NCBI RefSeq assembly: GCF_947568905.1
Contig: NC_079164.1
Coordinates: forward strand, 110,794,001 to 110,858,000
DNA length: 64,000 bases
Direction: 5' to 3'
Origin: Ostrea edulis
Lineage: Eukaryota
Shown here: positions 38,851 through 52,009 of the stretch, one piece after another
Position numbering within the stretch: position 1 is the first letter of the stretch
How the letters are laid out: every line of letters starts with the position of its first letter
Program-made: the position numbers and the translations under genes
The notes under the pieces: generated by a model
The model's input: the letters and a program-made list of their open reading frames with translations, nothing else
What the model was told of the DNA's origin: nothing
The model's database searches: none

Positions 38851-39699
38851 GATAAAATGGAAAATTCAAGTTATTCTCCATGTTCGGTCTTCACAAACGA
38901 AAGTCAACAGGAAAATAAAGCGTTAGCGGTTTCATTGATTTATTCAGACGTTTTACAAAACGGAATTAATACATGTATCGAAGTATATAATACAATAACG
39001 TCATGGTAACGTTGAGGGATAGAATATCGCGGAAAGTTTGTGATAGGCTATAAAATGCACATGTACACATCAGTTAACCATTAATAAGAAGTTGTATTAA
39101 ACTTTTTCAAACTGGGTTTGGATTTTTGAAGAAAATGTATCCCTTTTGTCTTCTTTGTATAACATCGTGCGCATACTGTTTGTGTTTAAATGTTTGTTGT
39201 AAAAATGGGAATGCTTTGAAATGTCCGTGACAACATATATCTAGATGTTTACTCGTAATTTTATTCTCCGTTATTCCGGGACTTGAATATGCTGTTGATG
39301 AACATGGATTCTGCCTTACAGTGTTGTAACGGTCTATTTCATGTATATAACAAAGAAAAAAATTAAAATTCACAAGACATGTCGGAATTTACATGGAATG
39401 CATTTTCTCTGAACGTAATGGAGGTCCCTTGTTGTAAATGCAGGTATGTGCCACTTCGTGGGTCTTTACATTTTCTTACAAAGTTAGTAGATTTTAAGAA
39501 ATTTGGATGGACGGAGCATTATTCATATCCTCGTTGGATTAAGTTTGCTGTTTATGAATTTAAATTTGGAAAGGACGTGCAACATTTCTTCATATGTTTT
39601 TAAAAAAAATCAGTAAGGTTGCGCACGAGGTGTGTTATGTTCAAATTCTTTAGGTTTTATGTTGTAAGAAAAGGTAATGAATAATTGTTTCTTTGACAT

Positions 39700-40158
39700 A
39701 ACGAAGATAACGAACAGTGATCAATCTCATAACTCCTATAAGTAATACAAAATAGAGAGTTGGACAAACACGGACCTCTGGACACACCAGAGGTGGGACC
39801 AGGTGCCTAGGGGGAGTAAGCATCCCCTGTCAATATAATCAATTATGTCTCAAAATATTGAATGCAAGAGAAATAACCCTGTTTTTATTAATTGATGTAT
39901 CAACTTGGATTATACCTCAAACAACATATAGATGTCCCCACACATGCAGTTGGACACACTCTGGACTTAGTATTCACAAAAGATGACCGTATGTACTAAC
40001 TAGTAAAGTCAATCTCTGTAATTGATATAGGGATATCAGACCACTATTCTGTTATCCCACCTCTGGTGTGTCCGGGAGTCCGTGTTTGCCCAACTATCTA
40101 TTTTGTATTGCTTGTAGGAGTTATGAGATTAATCACTGTTCGTTATCTTCACTTTGCA
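39700..40158. mobile_element. Two head-to-head Penelope-like 3' ends (39700-39830 -, 40055-40158 +) flanking a LINE APE endonuclease fragment (39903-40053 +)
   Basis: The APE fragment reads LKQHIDVPTHAVGHTLDLVFT...*...DIGISDHYSV. Confidence 0.75.
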
Positions 40159-40358
40159 TGTCAACTCCATTACACCTAGCAAACAAAACTCGGCTAGCTA
40201 GGCAATAGCTGCAGAACTGTAGCTCTCTGAAAAATATGTTGACATAACAGAGAGATACAGATCCACCCCTTATAAAAACCTTCGATTTACGGAACACAAA
40301 AGGCTGCGCACGGTTGAGGCCTTATATCGTTGTATTCTTGAGTTGCTGTCTCATTAAT

Positions 40359-40385
40359 TTAAAGGAACTGATTCACGATTTTCAA
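40359..40385. mobile_element. Candidate Kolobok terminus with TTAA target site
   Basis: TTAA (40359-40362) then AGGAACTGATTCACGATTTT. Kolobok elements have RR...YY ends and TTAA TSDs. The site lies 212 bp upstream of the KolX start codon, where the terminus is expected. Confidence 0.7.
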
Positions 40386-40574
40386 TGATTTAGGAAATAA
40401 AATTTATTGCCAGAAATGTGTAGATTTTGTCTATATTCTGCTGTTACATTTACTTTTTCCACCGGATACCCTTCTAGATGGACAGAAAACCGGGTCCAAA
40501 ACTGTGTTTGTAAACACCAGCCGTGTGCTTTAATAATGTGCGCGCGCATATGCTTTTGGCGGAGAAATTGAACA

Positions 40575-42416
40575 ATGTCGACAAGAAAGAGAAAGCAAGA
40601 GGCGGTAAGATGTTTTTTTTTAAATAGGAAACGGATCTGAATTATAATTATTTTGATATTGAAGACTCATAACTGTTTCGGTCGACGTTGACAATATTAT
40701 TTACTTGCTATGATAATCAGAACTGATGATTTAGCTAAGTGAAGCAATTGTATGTGTCGATTCGGGGGTCATCTCAGAACACATAAATTAATACTCGGGG
40801 CACACCAGTTTGCAATCGTGAAAATCAAGGGATATGTTTAGATATTTTTTTTTACAGGTTAGAGTTCAGAGAAGATTGAGGCGACAGAGGTTATCAGATG
40901 TAGTGGAGGAGTCCAGTAGTTCGGAAATTGAGGATCCCACTAGCCACGAACAGGCAAGATCTTTTCTAACACGTAACGACTACGTTACCACAATATTTGA
41001 GTTACTTTAGATCTTGTGATATAGACCTATGAATTTTTTTTATCAGAATCCGAGGTTTGAAAAGTGTCTTCGACTCAGAATATAATTTTACCTTATTTTT
41101 CACAATAAAATTTGATTTGTTATCAACTTCAACATGTGCTAGACTAACACTTTACATGTAGATCTATATTCTGTACTGTCTGTTGTATATATATGCAATA
41201 TATCTATTTATATATATTATAGATATATAATCTTCATTACGAATTTAAAATTTAGGATACAGAATCTGACTTGCCAGAGCCAAGTACAAGAGGCAGAGGA
41301 AAACGAGGGCGGGGTAAAGGACGCGGAAGAGGACAGGGCACCACTAGAAGAGGGAGGCGTGTCTTTCATGGAAGACAGTTTGAAGAAACGGAGAGAGAGG
41401 CGGAGGCTTTCACTGATGTACATTTGGAATGTATACAAAAAGCAGATGTAAGTAAAATAATATATACACATATAATTATAGTTATTGTGATATCTCGTAT
41501 AAGGAGGCCCTTTTAAAATTAAGGAGGTAAAGACTTGTGTAGGGTAATTAAATGATTTTACTATTTCCTTTGCAGGAGTTTATAGACCAACTGTCAGGGG
41601 AAGAGTCAAAAGAATTACTGAAAGAAATGTGTAAAGAAATACCGTCAGTGGTTCTAGATGTCAGTGAAATCCTAACAAGGAGGAACGAAGAACCAGACCC
41701 ACCAACACCACCACAACCCGATGGGGAAGTTCCTAACTGGTGCGTCTGCAACCACTGCGTTCCCGTGAACTCGGCTATAAAAAGGGTGTGCTGCGAAATG
41801 AGGCCAGATCTCTGCTTAAGCCTGCGGCCAGTGAGTCTCTCATTTTCCATTTTGACATAGTATATTTCACCTTGTGCCTAAACATTACAGCTATTTCACC
41901 TCCTAGAGTTTAAAGTGTTGTAATTTAAGAATATATTTGAGTTTGAGGAAGTTGCTAAATATTAATAGTTGATAGCATAGTTTCCCTCTTTTGCATTTCC
42001 ATTAATTTTTGAATGGCTTCTAAATTATTTCATCCGTGTAAATAATTCATCTTTCTTTTTAAAAAAAAAACTTCCTAGAAATGATATACAATATGTGCAA
42101 AGAAACTAAATTTACAGCTTTCCTATTTTACATAATTCAGGAGATGAATCTTGTTATCGTCCACCCATTTGTGCTACACCTGCAGCAAAGATTTAGGAAT
42201 GACATTTTTGCACGGGATGCCCAAACCCAACAGGACGTTAATAAAGCGTACCGACATAGTGCATACCGACAGTATATCCTATGGGTCTTTGGGCGCCTTC
42301 ATCGGAATGACAGAAGAGTTGTCCCATCTTGCTGTGTGAAAGTGATAAGAGAAAAGTTTCCCGATCCCCGTGGTCGATATCGAGGATTTGTTCCGGCATA
42401 CAGTGCAGGATGGTAA
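40575..42416 (+). CDS. KolX-type / P2X7 cytoplasmic-ballast-like zinc-binding protein; 5 exons (40575-40604, 40858-40953, 41256-41447, 41576-41830, 42141-42416), ~282 aa, intact
   Basis: All introns are phase 0 with AG acceptors (one GC donor at 40954). RGG-rich N-terminus. WCVCNHC...RVCC and AYRHSAYRQYILWVFGRL...RVVPSCCVKVIREKFP...YRGF ballast motifs. AATAAA at 42712. Confidence 0.88.
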
Positions 42417-43579
42417 CAACATGTCATTTTGAACATGTAGAGAAATAGTTTTCTCTAAGAGACCATGCATTGTGGTAACATTTGGATTTTTTATTTATAT
42501 CATCCATGCAGCATTTTCATTATTCTTTTGTTTAGCATTTACTATTCATTATTTAATTTTCCTACTTACTACCTATGATTCTTAAACCATGTACACAGCA
42601 AAGCTATTAGAGAACTACTGTTATCATGTGGTTTTCTTTCTTTTGTTCATTCCATCCCCATGGAAATATAAACATTGTCATTTTTGTAATACATGTATCA
42701 TCTGCTTATACAATAAATAATAACAAACGTGATATTTATATCTGCTATGTCAATATGTGAAAGTTCATCAATACTCTTTCCATGTAACAATACCCAGAAC
42801 TTTGGAAATTAATATGTAATAAAGCAGCAATGCACCCCTGACAAAATTATCCCTCTAATATACATAAGAGCATAGCTGAACCTTGCTTCTTTTATTGAAG
42901 CTTTCTTGATTTAGTAGGACAAGGCACTTATAGTAGTATTGAAGGCCTACAGATTGTTCTTCCATTAGATACAATAGATGATACAACAAATACATAGAAA
43001 AAATACATTAAACACGAGATGAAATTAACCTGTCCATAATTAGACAATAAAAATTCTCATTTACACAGCAGTTTACATTTGCATACTCGAATACAAAATA
43101 ATAAAACGCCTACAAACTACAAAAAAATTAAGACTTGCACCCTAATATCAATCTTGAAACTATGAAATTGTTCTTAGTTATACAGCTGTGTGTGGCAGCA
43201 CATTTAGTATTTACACAAAGTCTTTTTTCTTGATGCGGGGTTTCATTTTCTCCACAAGTTCTGATGTTGGAGGGGGTTCTTTTGGAGCAATTGTTGATGC
43301 AATATTCCGAGGATCTTCATCTGAAATCACTGTACGAGCTCGCAAGGGGTGGAATTTATGTCCACCACAGTATTCATTAACAATTGTCTCGATCAAGCTT
43401 GGAATATAGGCATACTGTTTTGGAGCTTTTGCTTCAGAAGAAGTCCACTTGTTGGAGCCTTTGGAGAACTTTCTCTTGTACCTGAAGTTCAAAACACAAG
43501 TTGAAAGTACTGAAAAACATAGATATTTTTCATCTTACAGTCCACTGATAACATTCCGAGATGCATGTATTAAAATAAT

Positions 43580-43920
43580 TTGATGCTACAGGGGTTTTAA
43601 CAGTTTTGTTTAAAGTCAACATCTAGCGCATTCTACTATTGCGAACATGGCTACCTTATTTGCAGTTACAACCTGTCATTAGGTTAAATTGTGTATGATG
43701 TGTCCAATACCAATTGCTAGGCCGTTCTTTACACACTGACTTCAACTGGATTACTCTGTTTACATGATCAACTATAGGCTCACGGCAGGTGACCAGTCAA
43801 TGGAGGATGCTTACTCCTCATAGGCACCGGATCCCACCCATGGTATATCTGGGGGTCTCAGTTTGCCCAACTCTTAATTATGGAGAACTTATGATATTGT
43901 TGATCATCTTCACCTTTTCA
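43580..43920 (+). mobile_element. Penelope-like RT C-terminus remnant and 3' end within the last transposase intron
   Basis: GATGCTACAGGGGTTTTAACAG...TACAACCTGTCATT...GGATGCTTACTCCTCATAGGCACC. Confidence 0.75.
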
Positions 43921-43979
43921 TTATATGTTGAAAATTGCAATGAATGGAAATTATTTTTTCTGTATATATAATATGCGAG

Positions 43980-44840
43980 TGACACTGTCACATCTTGTCA
44001 ACAAGTATTCTTAAAGTATTGCACTACAAAGTAGGACAGACTAAAGAACACCTACAGTCCCCTTCAGTATATCATTCAAACTGATGGATGCTTCTCGAAA
44101 TGCATCTAATTAATACTGAACTACTTCATATAATGAAAACCTCACATGATGGTCAATAACTGTTGAAATGAACTTGAAGGTTTCTTTTTCATATAAAAGG
44201 GATATGTTGACCTTTAACAACATGACATTGAGTGACCTTTGTCTGGAAGTCATTTCCCTATTATTTGTGTAATATATGATCAATCCCTGTTCAAGAACTT
44301 GTAATAAGACAGTTTTTCTGTACACAAGGCACTTATTCTGTGTGACCTTGACCTTTCCAAAATAAACTTGGTCCAAAAGATCAATAACTGTTGAAATGAA
44401 TTAATTTTTTTCACATGTAAGGTATGTTTTGGATGACCCTGACCTTTACAAAATGACCATGAGTGACTTTTGTCTGAAAGCTGTTTGTCTACAACTTATT
44501 TTGTGATATATGGTCAATCTCTTTTTAAAAAAACTGTTAAAATATCGAGCTTTTTACTTGGTCCAAAAGTCTCAAAGTATATTTGTGATTGATTTCAGAT
44601 GAGATGTTTAGCAAATGGGAACTTTTAATATACCAAAAACTGTTGAAAGAAGGAACTTTTATATATGTTCTGATTGACCTTTTCAAAATAACCTTGAAAA
44701 ACCCTGGTCCTAAAGTCTTTATCTCAAGGAATATTTGTGATCAATTATAATTAATATCTGATGATAGGTTTAGGGGATGTGAGCTCGGACAGACAGACAT
44801 GATGGCGACTATATGTGACCCACACAATTTTTCGGGGAGC
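43980..44840 (+). mobile_element. Helentron-like non-autonomous element with ~240-bp internal repeats
   Basis: Repeated GACCTTT...ATGAC.TTGAGTGAC / CTTGGTCCAAAAG units; ends GACAGACAGAC...CTATATGTGACCC...TTCGGGGAGCACAA. Confidence 0.55.
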
Positions 44841-45149
44841 ACAATGAACTGCATACATAACACATGCGCCCTACTTACTGTTTATTTCCATTCTTATCCT
44901 TGAGTGTATCACGTTGCAACATGCTTGGTGTAATCGATAGCTGCCAAATAACATCTGCATTTGTACGATTCATAACTGAAAAAGTGTAACATAACAGTCT
45001 ATTTCAATACATGCATTGGGGGAAAGGAACAGAAATATACATGCCTAAACCAGTATCTTTTCTCACCATAATGATGATAATGGAATCCGTCTCAACGGTG
45101 TTTTGATTTATAAAGTTTTGAATTATCTGTCAGCATTCTTTACTTTTGA

Positions 45150-45876
45150 GATGAAGTATATGGGCCACATCTCACACCTGAGTCATTTTGACCTTGTTGT
45201 TCAGCTGTTGTGATTTTCAAAAGAGTTTTTTTTTTCAATTTTTATTTCCATAATAATTTTCTGACCTCATATTGTGGTCCCAATCTATACGCAAAGGGTC
45301 ATGGCATTATCAAACTTGAAATGACAAAATATGGAAACGTCTCAACACAAATATGATTAACAAGATCTCTCCATTAAGCAAAATGGCAAGGGTCACGATA
45401 TGAAATGAAAGGTTTTACCATAAAAAATCTTTACAAAAACTATAAATATAACCCTAACCTTTTTTCAATATTTCCTTAGCTGTTAAGGTAGGACACCTTA
45501 ACAGCTAAGGAAATATTGAAAAAAGGTTAGGGTTTTTAAAAAGTAGGCCAAACTCTCAAGGCCAACATCACAAGGTTAATAAGAGGCCCATGGGCCACAT
45601 CGCTTACCTAAATCACCTTGGCCCATATTTAAAGATTTTCCCTATATAATTCTATGTAAAACGTTGATCCCCTGTTGTGGTCCTAACCTACTACTTCGGG
45701 AGGGGGGGGGGAGGGGGGGGGAGGGGGGGGATAATTTGAACAAACTTAAAAGCTGCACTATGTCCGGAAGCTTTCATGTAAAATGTTAGCTTCTTTGTCC
45801 CAGTGGTTCTTAAGAAGATTTTTAAATGACCCATAATTTTGCATTTTTGTGATTATCGCCCCTTTGAAGGGGGCAT

Positions 45877-45911
<35 letters not shown>

Positions 45912-46620
45912 TCAAGTTTGGTTGAAATTGACTAATGGTCTGGAGAAGATGAAAATGTGTAAGTTTACAACAACGACAGTGAAGCCGACAGACAACGAAA
46001 GAATTTTGAACAGAAAAGCTCATATGATTAGGTGAGCTGAAATCTAAAAAGTCTTTTTGCAAAGAATGCACATATAAAATATGATATCCCTATTACTCAC
46101 AAATTGAAAGTTATTAGCAAGGTTAAAATTTCAGACAGGCAGATAGGACAATAACAATATGCCCCAAACTTTGGATCCCTACAACTTAGACCATTTGTAG
46201 TTGGATGTTCCTGGTACTTTTGGGTTAACTTTCTGCATATTCCTATTTAAAAATATGTATCTCCTATTGTGACCTCATCCTATCCCCGAGGCCCCTGAAC
46301 TAAATAAAATTAAATTCTAAATACCTGTAGATGCTTGCATATCAACCGTATTATTCATTGCACTGTCAATCTTGACAAGAACAATTTATTTGATACATTT
46401 CCTTGTGATTACAACCTAATACCATGGACAACAATATGAAGAAACTTGAATCTGTACTCCATGGGATTGCTTGTATATTAATGAGTAATAGTGACCTTGT
46501 TATTCTTGGAAAGGAGAACTCTTAATGAGATTCCCTATATATCCTCACGTAAAAATGACAGACAAAAGGTGATCAGAAAACCTCACTTGAGCTTTCAACT
46601 TAAGTCAGGCAGATTTCAGA
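45150..46620 (+). mobile_element. Cluster of Helentron-like non-autonomous elements
   Basis: AAGAGGCCCATGGGCCACATCGCT.ACCT start motif and GAAAAGCTCA...GGTGAGCT end motif, recurring at 58540-58850 and 60070-61050. Confidence 0.6.
45450..45534. repeat. Perfect inverted repeat, 40-bp arms, 5-nt loop
   Basis: AACCCTAACCTTTTTTCAATATTTCCTTAGCTGTTAAGGT-AGGAC-ACCTTAACAGCTAAGGAAATATTGAAAAAAGGTTAGGGTT. Confidence 0.97.
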
Positions 46621-49331
46621 CCTGGATTTCTCTAATGAAACTTGAGTCCAAACTTGGACTTAACTATATTTTGACGGGTCAAATAAAACAAAACTTAAAG
46701 TTCAGTTTTGAGATTTTTTTCAAGAAATCCAAGCCAGATGATAAAATTAGATTACTAAAATATGAACTAACCCAAAAGCAGATCATTTTGGAGCATACAT
46801 TAGGATGTGATTATTGAAACTTTCTAGTTCTGATGTGGCCCTGCAATGGGAATTTAAGTAAAGTAGATTATGAGGTTTTTTTTTTTTCATTTTGTAGACA
46901 ATTATAATTTGTTCCCATCAAATACAAGTATTTGCACACTTACTGGCAGGTAGTGTAATAATGGAATGATTTCAATAATCTGGGTTCCAAAATTGCTCTC
47001 TGCAAATCGTTGTAAACACGACTATGAGGTGACAGCCACGCTTTGTCTCGGTCCTCCTCTTGTATTGGTTCATGGTCACATTTTCCCAAGGCCCAAGAAT
47101 GGCGGTTGACAATGTGGTTTAACATTGAAACCCACTTTGCCTACATAATGTACAATGACTTTATTAACATTCAAATTGTTTGATATCTAAATAACTCTTA
47201 GGAAAGGATGTAACATACGGGTTGCATAAAACAATTATAGAATTATGGAAAATCAATACAACTTGTAACACACGCACACATATATAATATTGTATGCACC
47301 TGCATTATTTCAACATTTCCATCACAGTTGTCTGCAGAGTAGAAGAAATGATTTGTTATATCACCCAACCATGGCTTCAGTTCCTCATTTCCTTTACTGC
47401 ATGCTACCTAAAATATAAATATATGTCCTCTAAATGCTGTCATCCACATGAACTTTGTCATGTAAACCATTATTTTACTTTGTACAGTATATGTAGATAT
47501 GTAAATGTGTTTTAGGATAGCTATTAATGTACACGGTCAAGCTATATTGGTGCATAATTATACCATAACTTACAGAGGCCAGTTTCTTCCCCATGTTTTT
47601 AGCCCCATGCCACATGTCGTAACTGTGCCTGATCTTAGGAAAATTCTTCTCTGAAATAGATTTGGATTGATCAATGAAGCTTTATCGATATTTCTTTTTA
47701 AAACTACTGCTTTTATCAATAAAGTGAATGCAGATGCAATGTAACTTTATAAATTCAATTCTTACTCATTATGGATGCGATTTGGGGGTGTGCATTTGTT
47801 ACAATTTCTTTTAAGATCACTCCATCTTTTTGGAGAGAGGCAATATATCTTTGAAATCCCTCGGCCTCCATAAGACCTGACTTCAGTTGGCACTCTCTTT
47901 TGTCAATAATTTCCATAGCCAGTATCTTTTTATCATCCTGGTTCATCACGGTGTATGTGCAATATTTGGCCGAATAACCAGGTGAATCCATGCGACCATC
48001 TCCTGTTAGGAATGAATAATATTAGGTTCAATTTCATTTCCATCATTGTAAAACCTATGACCATCTTTGGCTATTTACTTTACGTGAATAACAAATCTTG
48101 ACTTACCAGATACTACAACTTTTGTTGACCTATGTTCTTCCACCACTGAAGATTTCAGGTCATTCCAATAGTTCTCCACTACCGGAGCCACATACTTTGA
48201 CTGCACTCGGTTATATGTGCTTTTGGTAGGAAAACCCATTCCTAAGAATTTGGCAAACAGGGCAACTTTTGTGAAGTTATTTCCAGACAAAGTTACAGCT
48301 GTTGATGCTTGGAAGTTTCCAAGATATATTCTATTAGGAAGTTGGGGCTGTGAAGTCCAGCTGTAAACTTCGTGACCAGCAGCACACATCTGTTCAGGGG
48401 GAAAAAGCATCAGTTTGATTAAAATGAAGACTACTATAACGCACTTTAAACATCTTTGAATTCGACGAAATAGTACATGTATATATCATTAAATAAACAT
48501 GTAATAAAATTACCCATGAGCCAGCTACAGCAGAGCCATTGTCTATTAAATGGGGTGACACTGGTTTCTTACAGTTTTTCACAATACATGTAAAAGTTAT
48601 TTTTCTGAAAATGGCCATCAAGCAGAATTTGAAAATTATATATTTTGGTTCTGTAATATCTTCCAGTGACACCTCTTCTTTCTGTGACATGGCCCTTACT
48701 CCCTTAGAAGATGGGTGCGGAGGACTGGGGGGTACATATTCCTCATCACCATCATTCTCACTGGATTCAAGGTCATGAACCTCCTCGGCTAAACCAATGT
48801 TCTCTTCATCATTGCTATCAAGTAGTCTAGCCTTTCCTTCTCTGAAACTTGGAAAATGGGAGATCAGTGCATTTATTAATGAACACACACATGTTTTCAC
48901 TGAAAGATATTTCGATTGTATTTATTCAAACATGTGATCACACATTTCTCTATCTGTATGACCTTAACTTTGTACTTGTATAAAGAGGGCTTATATAGGC
49001 AATGCCTTTTGAGTAATCCATTTATGGTTTATACATAATAAAATAGTTTCAATCAATAATTAGATTGCAAATTTATCATTTGGTAGTTGTTGAATACTCA
49101 CACAAAGGAAATTTCAAGGCAAGATGACTCAAAAGTAGGATCATCATCATCCTTACCAATGTCTGATGAAGACGCAAATTCAATGTTGACACTATAACAT
49201 TAGAAAACTATAAATGAATTGGAGTAATTCATTTTATTAATCTCACAAGAAGTGCTTTTGTATGCATGCAAGACATTGTGCTAGTGGGGATGGTGTGTTT
49301 GCGACATGTATAGATATGATATGTGTGTGTT

Positions 49332-49333
<2 letters not shown>

Positions 49334-49416
<83 letters not shown>
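49334..49416. repeat. (TA)n microsatellite
   Basis: Directly visible. Confidence 0.98.
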
Positions 49417-49934
49417 CTGATTTCTACATTAGGTAGACCATCCTATAAAATCTGGCTTAAGGGGACAATATACATTTCTCTAATCCTTGCACATTTCAAG
49501 AAACAAATAGCATTTCTTTTAGTAAAAGAGTACCAAATTTGCCCTTGTGCCAATGAATTCCACATAACGGTGCGCATAAGAAATATACAAAAAAATCCGT
49601 CTCCCTAATAATGTGTAATCCTTACGTATTCTTTAGGGAGACCAGTATATATAATTTGCAATATATGGCTTAAGTGGACCTTATATATAATTTGCAATAT
49701 ATGGCTTAAGTGGACCTTCATTTGTAATCTTTCTGCATAGTTTAGGGAGACCAATATATATTTTTGTGATTTAAGTTGACCATTGTTTCCTTGCAGTTTT
49801 TACCATTTCAGTTTAACACAGAGACAGAACGAATGGTTATGTGCTTAATTTTCATAGTTGCATCATATATAATGTAAACTAGATCTTGTTTTTAGTAAAA
49901 ACAAATGTCTCCCTTGTTCCCCAAATTAATATTA

Positions 49935-51310
49935 TACAGATTCAGAATATTTCTACTGTAACATTTACAAAAATGTTTGGATTATCATATATCCTGATGA
50001 TAGGCACATCTCCAAGTGGTAATGAGGCAACATACAAAGATTCAAGGTTAAGTGATGAGCCATGTAGGAGAAGTTTTGCAATCTCCACCCCTCTTACAAC
50101 AATTATATAATGTCCAAAAATAACTGGATCCTCATATCCTGACAATATGCACATCTTCATATGGTAATGAATCATTGTAAAATTTAATTTCAAGGCTATG
50201 TAATAAGCCTTCTAAGAGAAGTATTGATAAGCAATTCTACGTCCTTGATCCCACTAAATCCAGTGAAACTTTTAATGGACTTCAGATCCTGATGAAATGC
50301 ACATTTTCAAGTGGAAATGAAGCATTGTACAAAGTTTTAGGGTGATGCAACTAGCAATATAGGAGGAAAGGCATTCACAAGCTATTTTATATCCTCCACC
50401 ACTCTTAGATCCACTATAACGTTTTAAAAAATTAGTGGATCTTCATTCCCTTATAATATGCACATTTTCAATTAGCAATGAAACATTGTACAAAGTTTCA
50501 AGGTTATGCGTTAAGTGATTTATGAGGAGAAGCATTCATAAGCTACCACCCCTTTTAGATCCAATATAATTTGTACAAAAATAATTCCATCCTCATATAC
50601 TGATGATATGGGCATTACAAAGGTAATGAAGCATTGTACAATATTTCAAGGCTATGCAATAATTGATGTACGAGAAGTGTTTACAAGCTATTTTATACCT
50701 TCTACTCCTCTTGGATCCACTATAAGTGTACAAAAATATATGGATCCTCATATACTGACACCATGCAAATCTTCAAAAGGTAATGAAGCATCTTACAAGG
50801 TTTCCAAGGCTATGTGATAAGTGATGTATGAGGAGAAGAGTTCGCAAGAGATTTTTTTTATCTTTCACCCCTCTTAGATCCACTATATCTTAGACAAAAA
50901 TAATTGAATCATCAAATCCTGATGGTAGTTACATCTTCAAATGGTAATGAAGCATTGTACAAAGTTTCAAGGCTATATGATAAGCCTACACAATCTATTT
51001 CATACCTTCCACCTCTTAGATTTACTATAACTTGCACAAAAATAATTGGATCCTCATATCCTGACGATATACACATCTTCAAATGGTAATGAAGCATTGT
51101 ACAAGGTTTCAAATCTATCGGATAAGCAATATTGGAGGAGGAGTGTTCACAAGCTATTTTACACCTTCCACCCCGCTTAGATCCATTGTAACTTTTAGGA
51201 AAATAATTGGATCCTCACGTCTAGATAATATGCATATCTTTAAATGGCAATGAAGCATTTTGCAAAGTTTCAAGTCTATTCTATAAATAAACCATATAGA
51301 AGGAGAAGTG
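49935..51310 (+). repeat. Satellite-like array, ~9 diverged units of ~150-165 bp
   Basis: Marker GATCCTCATATCCTGAC...TGGTAATGAAGCATTGTACAA.GTTTCAAG recurs at ~49980, 50127, 50286, 50439, 50589, 50743, 50907, 51050, 51210. Confidence 0.9.
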
Positions 51311-52009
51311 TTTACAAGATTTTATGACAGACAGGTGGACAGAAAGTACAAAAAACGTCTTCCCCTTGAAAATTGAATATAGGAGTGCCTGGCCTTGTGA
51401 TATATACAATGTATATTGGCCTCTCATCAAGGCAGCTTCAGTAAGATTATTGGTCTTAGTGCACACAAGTTTTCTCTTTCATGAATCTTTCAGACTTCAT
51501 TTGCAGTCCTATTTCACTTCAAAAATATTTCTGTTGAATATTTGACCTTACCTAGTATTTCTAATTCATGTACAATAATTCTGAAAACCAATCATAAAAT
51601 GATGACTTCTGTTGAAAAACAAGACAAACCACAGGAGAAGTTGTTGAGCAAAACTAAATTTAAATCTAGATTTTTCCTTTAACAGAACCTAGTTTCCTCA
51701 GGTTAATCTACATAAGTTGACAGAAAACAAATCATACAGCAACATTTTAACATTTATTGAAACAATCTCCCAGTATTTAAGACATTATTGCAATTTAAAC
51801 AGTAACTATGATTTCTCAGAGATGTACATAAAGCATTTTAAGAATTCATGACAACATGATTATATTATTTAAAGTGAAATTTAAATGAGTATCCCCACCT
51901 GTAGGTAGGTTACAGCATGTTCATGAAAGGTCCAAGAGGATCTGATGCTCTACTGACATATGCAGAAATAATTAAATTCTTAAAATATACTTAGGCATAG
52001 CCTTAACTT

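Larger units (their letters stand above)
43211..49191 (-). pseudogene. Kolobok-type DDD/E transposase; 10 exons (49102-49191, 48514-48841, 48107-48389, 47766-48002, 47574-47650, 47300-47407, 46944-47140, 46772-46840, 44879-44975, 43211-43481), ~584 codons; 5' exons not found
   Basis: Phase-consistent GT-AG exons. Motifs GDGRMDSPGYSAKYCTY, VT(N)AHPQI, YDMWHGAKN, PWLGDITNHFFY, KWVSMLNH, TSELESFNNHILMYAPK, LAAIDY, YKRKFSK...KQYAYI. Lesions: TGA at 46783-46785, +1 nt near 44920, and TD>TN. AATAAA on - at 42891-42896. Confidence 0.9.

Noticed and set aside
41552-42416. A genuine P2X7 purinoceptor gene
   Set aside because: Only the ballast-like Cys-rich domain is present. There are no TM helices or ATP-binding ectodomain exons, and the gene has its own ATG next to a Kolobok terminus.
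46783-46785. Selenocysteine recoding of the in-frame TGA
   Set aside because: The position corresponds to Arg in the motif, the gene has other lesions, and no SECIS was recognised.
49306-49608. 100-aa IYIYIY ORF
   Set aside because: It reads through a (TA)n microsatellite.
49980-50630. CTGATGA motifs as hammerhead ribozyme cores
   Set aside because: They fall in variable positions of the satellite units, without the helix II/GAAA arrangement.
51660-51682. AAATCTAGATTTTTCCTTTAA as the second Kolobok TIR
   Set aside because: Only TTCCT-TTAA matches the expected ATCGTGAATCAGTTCCT-TTAA; the spacing and middle differ, so this is likely chance in AT-rich DNA.
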